From Utricularia gibba (taxonomy: Eukaryota; Plantae; Magnoliophyta), in NCBI GenBank assembly GCA_002189035.1, contig NEEC01000004.1, positions 2,604,001 to 2,668,000 on the forward strand: 64,000 nt of DNA. The letters are read 5' to 3'. Of this stretch, positions 61,023 through 64,000 are shown piece after piece. The position numbers and the translations under genes are program-made. Within the stretch, counting starts at the first letter, position 1. The number at the start of each line of letters is the position of its first letter. Below the pieces are notes generated by a model. That model saw only the letters and a list, made by a program, of their open reading frames with translations. It was not told the DNA's origin and did no database searches.

Positions 61023-62280
61023 TTAGATTAGTAGCAGGCATGGGACAGCAGCAATGCAGATGGTGCCTAAGGTGGCCAAAACTGAACCTTGTTCGAAAGC
61101 TTTACCCACACTGCCGACCCGAGAAAAATGATGAAAGGCAAGATAAGCTGCGATCGCCAGTGAAACAACAGCACCTTCCTTCGTTCCTCTGCAATATCAA
61201 CACATTAAGAATGTTTTAATCAGAGCTTCAAACATCAGATAGGCAACCGAATGGCTTGACAGAGCAGCTCAAGTTTTCATGATCATGAACCTGCTAACCA
61301 TAATACAAGTAAAAGAATATTAATTCACGCACTGCCTTAAACAATATTTATCCTGTAGGTGAAAAAAATTTTCGACAGTAATGAAAATTGGCATCAGGGA
61401 GTTGTTGAGCATAAGTCAACCTTAGTCTTGTTACTTGGTGTGGACACAGAATGACCAACAATATTCCCACCAAAGGCAGCTCCAGTTTATCTGCATATCA
61501 TCCACAATAATATGCGAAACCTCAATTAAACGATATAACTTTCAATTCTGTCAACCGGAATTATGAACTGAGAAAAAAAGAATCTAGAGGCAACTTGATT
61601 CTTCGTAGTATATCTACATAGATACACATCTGGTAGAAAATGCACCTGGTATGAAGAAAAAAAGGCGTACAAGCAGTGCCAAGAAAGCAGTCCAGATTCC
61701 ATATTCTCCCCTATAAAAAATCCCCATTCAACAAATGTAAAGGGCAAACTAAAAAAAACCCCCATAGAAAAGAAGAATTGATCATACTTGATCCAATTCA
61801 CAAGACTTTCAGGTGCTTGTAGCGCAAATAAAGGAACAAGAAATGATTTGGGCATTGCAGTCCCCGTTGATAACATGAGGATTCTGAAAGTGAGAATCTC
61901 ATTCTTGATGCGTACAAGAAAATACACGAAGACAAGAGAGGAACTACAGCAGTTTACGCATTAGCCACGGTAGAGATCCACTGAAGATCCCGCGGATTGA
62001 GTGGGGAATAGCACACCGCACCACCCCCTTTTCCTCCCTCATTCTTCACAAAAACACTGCAATAGAAAAAGGGAAATAGAATCAATAACCCAAAATGTTG
62101 AAACAAAACACCCGACACTGACCGAAGAGGATCATAGCCGACGGAACCCAAATGCGTCCGAGCATGCAACAGGTGCATGCGAGGAGTAGGCCGGCAGAGG
62201 TAAGCCCCACTTTGGTGAGTGTTGAGGGAAGCAATGGAAAGACGGAGTGCAGAGCATGTAGAAAGCGAAATGGAAGCCAT
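61023..62280 (-). CDS. COR413IM: Cold-regulated 413 inner-membrane protein, chloroplastic, 217 aa
   Basis: Exons 62280-62123, 62056-61958, 61883-61788, 61710-61646, 61490-61421 and 61188-61023. Transit-peptide-like start, LQWIST, LVPLFALQAP..WIKGEYGIWTAFLALLVRLFF, LELP, RGTKEGAVVSL, KAFEQGSVLAT. Confidence 0.92.
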
Positions 62281-62429
62281 TTTCGTTGAGATTCAAGGCT
62301 TTCACCGGACACTCCCGTTGGATGAACACAGGAGACAGTATGAGAATGCTGTAGATGTAAAGAACCGGTGAGGTTCGGAGTTTCGAAGAAACAACGGAAG
62401 CCATTGTTTTCCGCCGAGAGAGATGAATC

Positions 62430-62459
62430 ACCGACCTCATCCATCACCCTGTGACACGT
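62430..62459. promoter_or_regulatory. DRE/CRT core plus ABRE upstream of COR413IM
   Basis: ACCGAC at 62430-62435 and ACGTGTC (on -) at 62453-62459, 150-180 bp upstream of the ATG of a cold-regulated family gene. Confidence 0.55.
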
Positions 62460-64000
62460 CGCTCTGTTTCTTTTTTTTTTTTCGTTGATATTCTAATTTT
62501 TGTTTGAATTGCGTATTTGAATTCTTTTTTGCTTAATGTTTCAACATAAAAATATTTAAACCATCAATTGAAAAAACTTTTACATAAGATGTGAATGTGT
62601 TCGAAGCTGTACTCTTCGTACGTGAAAAAAAAAAGTGAAGAGATATTAAATAATAATACTTTAATAGTAAATAATAATTTAATATAGGTATTTATTAATA
62701 TCAATAAATATTAATAAGTAGATTTAATAAATATTAAAATACCTATATATATACATATTAACTAATAATTTAATATTTTTAAGTAGATTTATAAGTAGAT
62801 GAATATAACTATTTTTAAATAATAAAAATAAATATAAATTTTGTATTATGATATACAATTAAATCATATTTATAATTTATCATTTTCAAATACAAAAATA
62901 AAGATTTACATTTTTCAAACATTTTATCAATAAAATTATCATTTAAATAACAATAATACCCTATTTTTTGAATACACCTACTTTTTCATTTCTTTGTTGA
63001 ATATTCATTATTCTTTTTTAATTATTTATTTTATCAACACATTATATTTATATATATATTGATATATAAATATTAATAATTAGTATGTAAAAATATTTAA
63101 AATATATAAGCAAATTATTTAAAAAATTAAAACATACATAAATATAATCTATGAATAATAGATTATTTCGAAACATATATTGTAAAACAGTTATACAAAT
63201 TATTTAATATTTATAAATTATATATAAAAAAATAATAATTAACTTTTAAAAAATGAATTTCTAATTCTATTTTGAATTTAATGTTGACTTTAAGCAATAG
63301 TAATATTTCATAAAATGTAATTTATTAAAATTTTATATTTTAAAAAATAAAAATATATAAATTTCATGCTCTCTATGAAGATAACCCAATGAAAGGTTGG
63401 CATTAATGAAAACATATATGATTTGCGTTACATTCAATAAAAAAAATAACCATTGAAATTCAATGGTATATCATTATTTAATAAAAAAAGAGGTGAAGAA
63501 TTTCTAATTATTATTTTAATAAATATAATATTATAAAAATATTTTATAAATACCATATATTTTACATAAATTTTCATTTCATTTCACACATTTATTTTGT
63601 TTGTTTCATATATTTTCCTATTACTTCTACAAATATTTATCCTCATTTTATGTCTACATTATCATTCATTTCGTAACTATAATGACTATTTCATTTATAG
63701 ATATATGTGCATTTTGTCATGACAACAATTTCAATAATTTAATTATTCAAATGATATTCGATGGAGTACCGGATAAATATTTTCAGTTCAAAAGATGGAT
63801 CAACTTTGAAGTATTCTATTGTCATTTATATATTATAATAGATATGAATCCAAATCATATTTCTTTAGAATTTATTGTTCGATACATCAAAGGCGAAACA
63901 AGTTCACCAAACTATATTTTCATCACCAACTATTACTCATTACACTTTTTGTTCCATCTGGTGTCTATATGGTCATCGCACTAAAAAATGATTATTTTAA

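Noticed and set aside
63601-63984. 127-aa ORF at the right edge
   Set aside because: TTG start, very AT-rich, F/I/Y-biased low-complexity translation with no recognisable motif.

Overview
Eudicot plant nuclear DNA, AT-rich, with spliceosomal introns; the species cannot be determined from the window. It holds nine protein-coding genes: CSLD1-like (-, runs off the left edge), an intronless Hydrolase_4 esterase (+), DGK1 (+), a KxDL protein (+), parvulin PIN4/Par14 (-), ABCC1/2 (-), CIPK23-like (-), seipin (-) and COR413IM (-). Between the KxDL and parvulin genes lies a ~20 kb nested retrotransposon island. It contains an old chromovirus with a TSD-flanked solo LTR inside it, copia, Athila and gypsy remnants, and a very young CRM-clade element (604-bp LTRs, 2 mismatches, TSD GTTAC). 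A 1.0-kb non-autonomous hAT element with an 8-bp TSD sits just upstream of the KxDL gene. The observations most worth a second look are: a chain of overlapping uORFs in the CIPK23 leader; a stop-free, in-frame GC-AG intron splitting the CIPK catalytic loop; a hairpin in DGK1 intron 1; and three single-base losses in C/G homopolymers (CSLD1, seipin, CRM gag), which look more like assembly error than pseudogenisation. I found no convincing new multi-gene system. All exon coordinates were read by eye. Most short ORFs in the supplied track are antisense or intronic noise.
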